A model generated the notes under the pieces. That model worked only from the letters and a program-made list of their open reading frames with translations, was not told where the DNA came from and did not search any database. A DNA stretch of 62,147 nt, the filler included, from Dicyema japonicum (Eukaryota; Animalia; Dicyemida): assembly GCA_011109175.1 (NCBI GenBank). It is 7 parts of 7 records of this genome, joined end to end, with 100 filler letters (N's around TTAATTAATTAA, not from the genome) between each part and the next. Parts side by side here need not be neighbours in the genome. Positions count along the whole stretch, not along the records: positions 50,002 to 62,147 come from RDEW01000226.1; 6 more parts are not named here. One strand, given 5' to 3'. Position numbers and translations under genes: made by a program. Shown here piece after piece: positions 60,060 through 62,147 of this stretch. The stretch's first letter is position 1, and the number at the start of each line of letters is the position of its first letter.

Positions 60060-60430
60060 TCGGAACCCGGGTTGCTGAAGGTCTTTGATCTGAACACTGG
60101 CGGAACTCGTCGCAGAAGACGAGGCATCCCAAACCAGGGACTTTCCTTCTTTAAAAGGAAAGTTAGTCATCCCGTCGGGACGCTTTCAGTCACTCGAGAG
60201 TCAAAGAGTACGAAATATGCGTGCATTTCGGACGCTTTCGAGTTTGTCCCCCTCGCCTACGAACCTCTGGAATCGTTGGCAAGGCTACGACTCAACTTCT
60301 TTCTGACATTGGTAGGAAAATTTTCCACGAAAACTAACGACTGGGGGAGACGACCTGGCTTTTCCAGCGAATCTCGGTCGCTGTGCTCTGCGGAAACTGT
60401 ACGAAGCGCGGCGTCGTTGAGCTGACATTT
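60060..60430 (+). mobile_element. CRE-clade LINE 3' fragment, degenerate
   Basis: ESKSTKY, FEFVPLAYE, and FQRISVAVLCGN in a second frame. Confidence 0.8.
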
Positions 60431-60645
60431 AGGCTCTCGATTATCCTTTTAGTTACTTGCTTTGTCTGTTCAGTTATGTCTATTTAAATCTTCGTCTCAA
60501 TTTTCAGAAGGAACTACTTTGCGATTGTGTAAAACGGATTCTCTATTCTCCGTTTGATTTATGTTATTGATAAAAAAATTCCTATGTAACCAGGATAAAA
60601 TATTTTCCGTGAAAATAAAACTGTCAAAAATTTGTTATATTGGTG

Positions 60646-62147
60646 TTAATTTAAACGGACTAGAATCGTAATTCGCACCAAAATGAATATAATTTGTTTT
60701 AAGAAATCGAGGCTGATCAAATTACTGGACTTTTTGTTAATGAAATAATTTTCATCTAAATCTTCTAATTTTTTATTCTGGGATTTTTCAATCATTGATT
60801 TTAAAATAATTTTTTTATATTTTGTAGAATTTATAAATCTTTCAAACGAATCAGTCTCCATTAATTTGAAAATATCTTTGCAAGCTTGATCAAAAATAAA
60901 TCTAAAATTATTTAATTCAAATGATAAAATAATTCGCATTCATAACAAAAATATTCATTATGCTACCGATGTGGTTTTTTCATTGAAGATTCAATCAAAT
61001 TTCTAATTGTTGAACTGATATTTATTTCATACTTAGAATTTTCTTCAATGAATACTCTATAATAAATTATTTTATATTTGTACTGATATATTTTTTCTGC
61101 GGTAGACTCAAGTTGTGATTCGCTGATGAACTGGAAAAGATGACAGGTATACCAAAAGATCAAGTTTTCTTGACTTTTTTCCGAGTATAGAAACTCAAGA
61201 AAATGGATAATATAACTATTCATGAATAACGCTGTCTGTAAATATTTTCCCATGTTCAAAATTCGTTCTGTTAATATTTCGGCCGTATCCACACAATCCA
61301 CCATAAAATCGTTATACTTCCAAGTGTCTATATAATCCACCAAATCATTATTCCCACGTGGAAATCCATGGCTGATTTGCTTTCGTATGCATTCAATCTA
61401 ATTAACGTTGCTGATTTACTTCCGTACTTTTTGTACGGCTCTTTCCTCTATTTCTACAGTTGACAAAGATTCATATGCTTGCAGAGGATTATCATCCCAA
61501 ATCTATTTTTTCTTAATCAATTGTTAACATATTTAGAATTAATAGACCATGCTTTTTTATCTTGAATTTTTCTTACTTTTTGCTCACTTTTAGTTTTATT
61601 TTTTTTTTCTAAAAATAATGAAATTTTACTTGTGATTTCTTTTAACTTCATCAACAATACATTTCCAAGTTGATTCGAATTCTTGGTGTAATAAAATATA
61701 TCACTCTTTAATGAATATATTATGATACATTTTCTCTGTCGTTCATTGAAACGCTGTGATACATGATTTTGTCCAACAAATAAATTACTGAAATGAATAA
61801 ATAATCATAAAATACTATATTCTTTTTTTGTATATCTTCGGTTATACTGGCCAATATGATTTTCTCTTAAAATGATCGAATTATTATTCACTTGAAATAT
61901 GTAAATTTCGAGGTCATCTCTGAATTTGTCCGTTTTATTATAATTGACAGGGCAAATATATCCGTATTTGTAAAGACTATTAGCAATGTTTTCACATTCA
62001 AATTTTGTTTCAGGCTTAAGAATGGCGTTTAGCCATTCTATTAGGTCACATCCTGATGGAGTTTTGATACATATTTCACCTCGAAATGTGTATGGAATTT
62101 TTATGAATCTCATTGTTCTGGTTTTGGCTTTCAAAATGCTTTCCGGT
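60646..62147 (-). CDS. R7-family regulator of G-protein signalling (DEP-DHEX-GGL-RGS), 5' end beyond window
   Basis: DEP: IPYTFRGCDLIEWL...LYKYGYICP...FRDD. RGS box: FLEFLYSEKSQENLIFW, EINIS, FDQACKDIFKLMETDSFERF. A GGL-like segment lies between them. Confidence 0.88.

Overview
This is AT-rich eukaryotic DNA from a gappy draft assembly. It contains six 100-bp N44-TTAATTAATTAA-N44 contig linkers plus other gaps. The gene content points to an animal: an R7-type DEP/GGL/RGS protein and the ciliary gene IFT122. Spliceosomal introns are extremely short (about 22-31 nt), which would fit a reduced parasite such as a dicyemid-like lineage (inference only). Host genes recognised by manual splicing and by-eye family similarity are a catalytically dead ISG20/AEN/REXO4-like DEDDh exonuclease, DDB1, gamma-glutamyltranspeptidase, a TGN38-like type I membrane protein, a divergent homeobox, the 3' part of IFT122, a histone-fold fragment, a small coiled-coil gene and a 5'-partial R7 RGS. 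Most of the remainder is transposon debris: pogo/Tigger, Tc1, hAT, Helitron, and I/Jockey-, RTE-, CRE- and R4-like LINEs. The most striking observation is a 4.0-kb LINE flanked by a perfect 12-bp duplication. It splits an unrecognised ~86-bp structured element, and an uninterrupted, diverged copy of that element with a compensatory base-pair change lies at 48.1 kb. No database searches were run; all family assignments are by recalled motifs.
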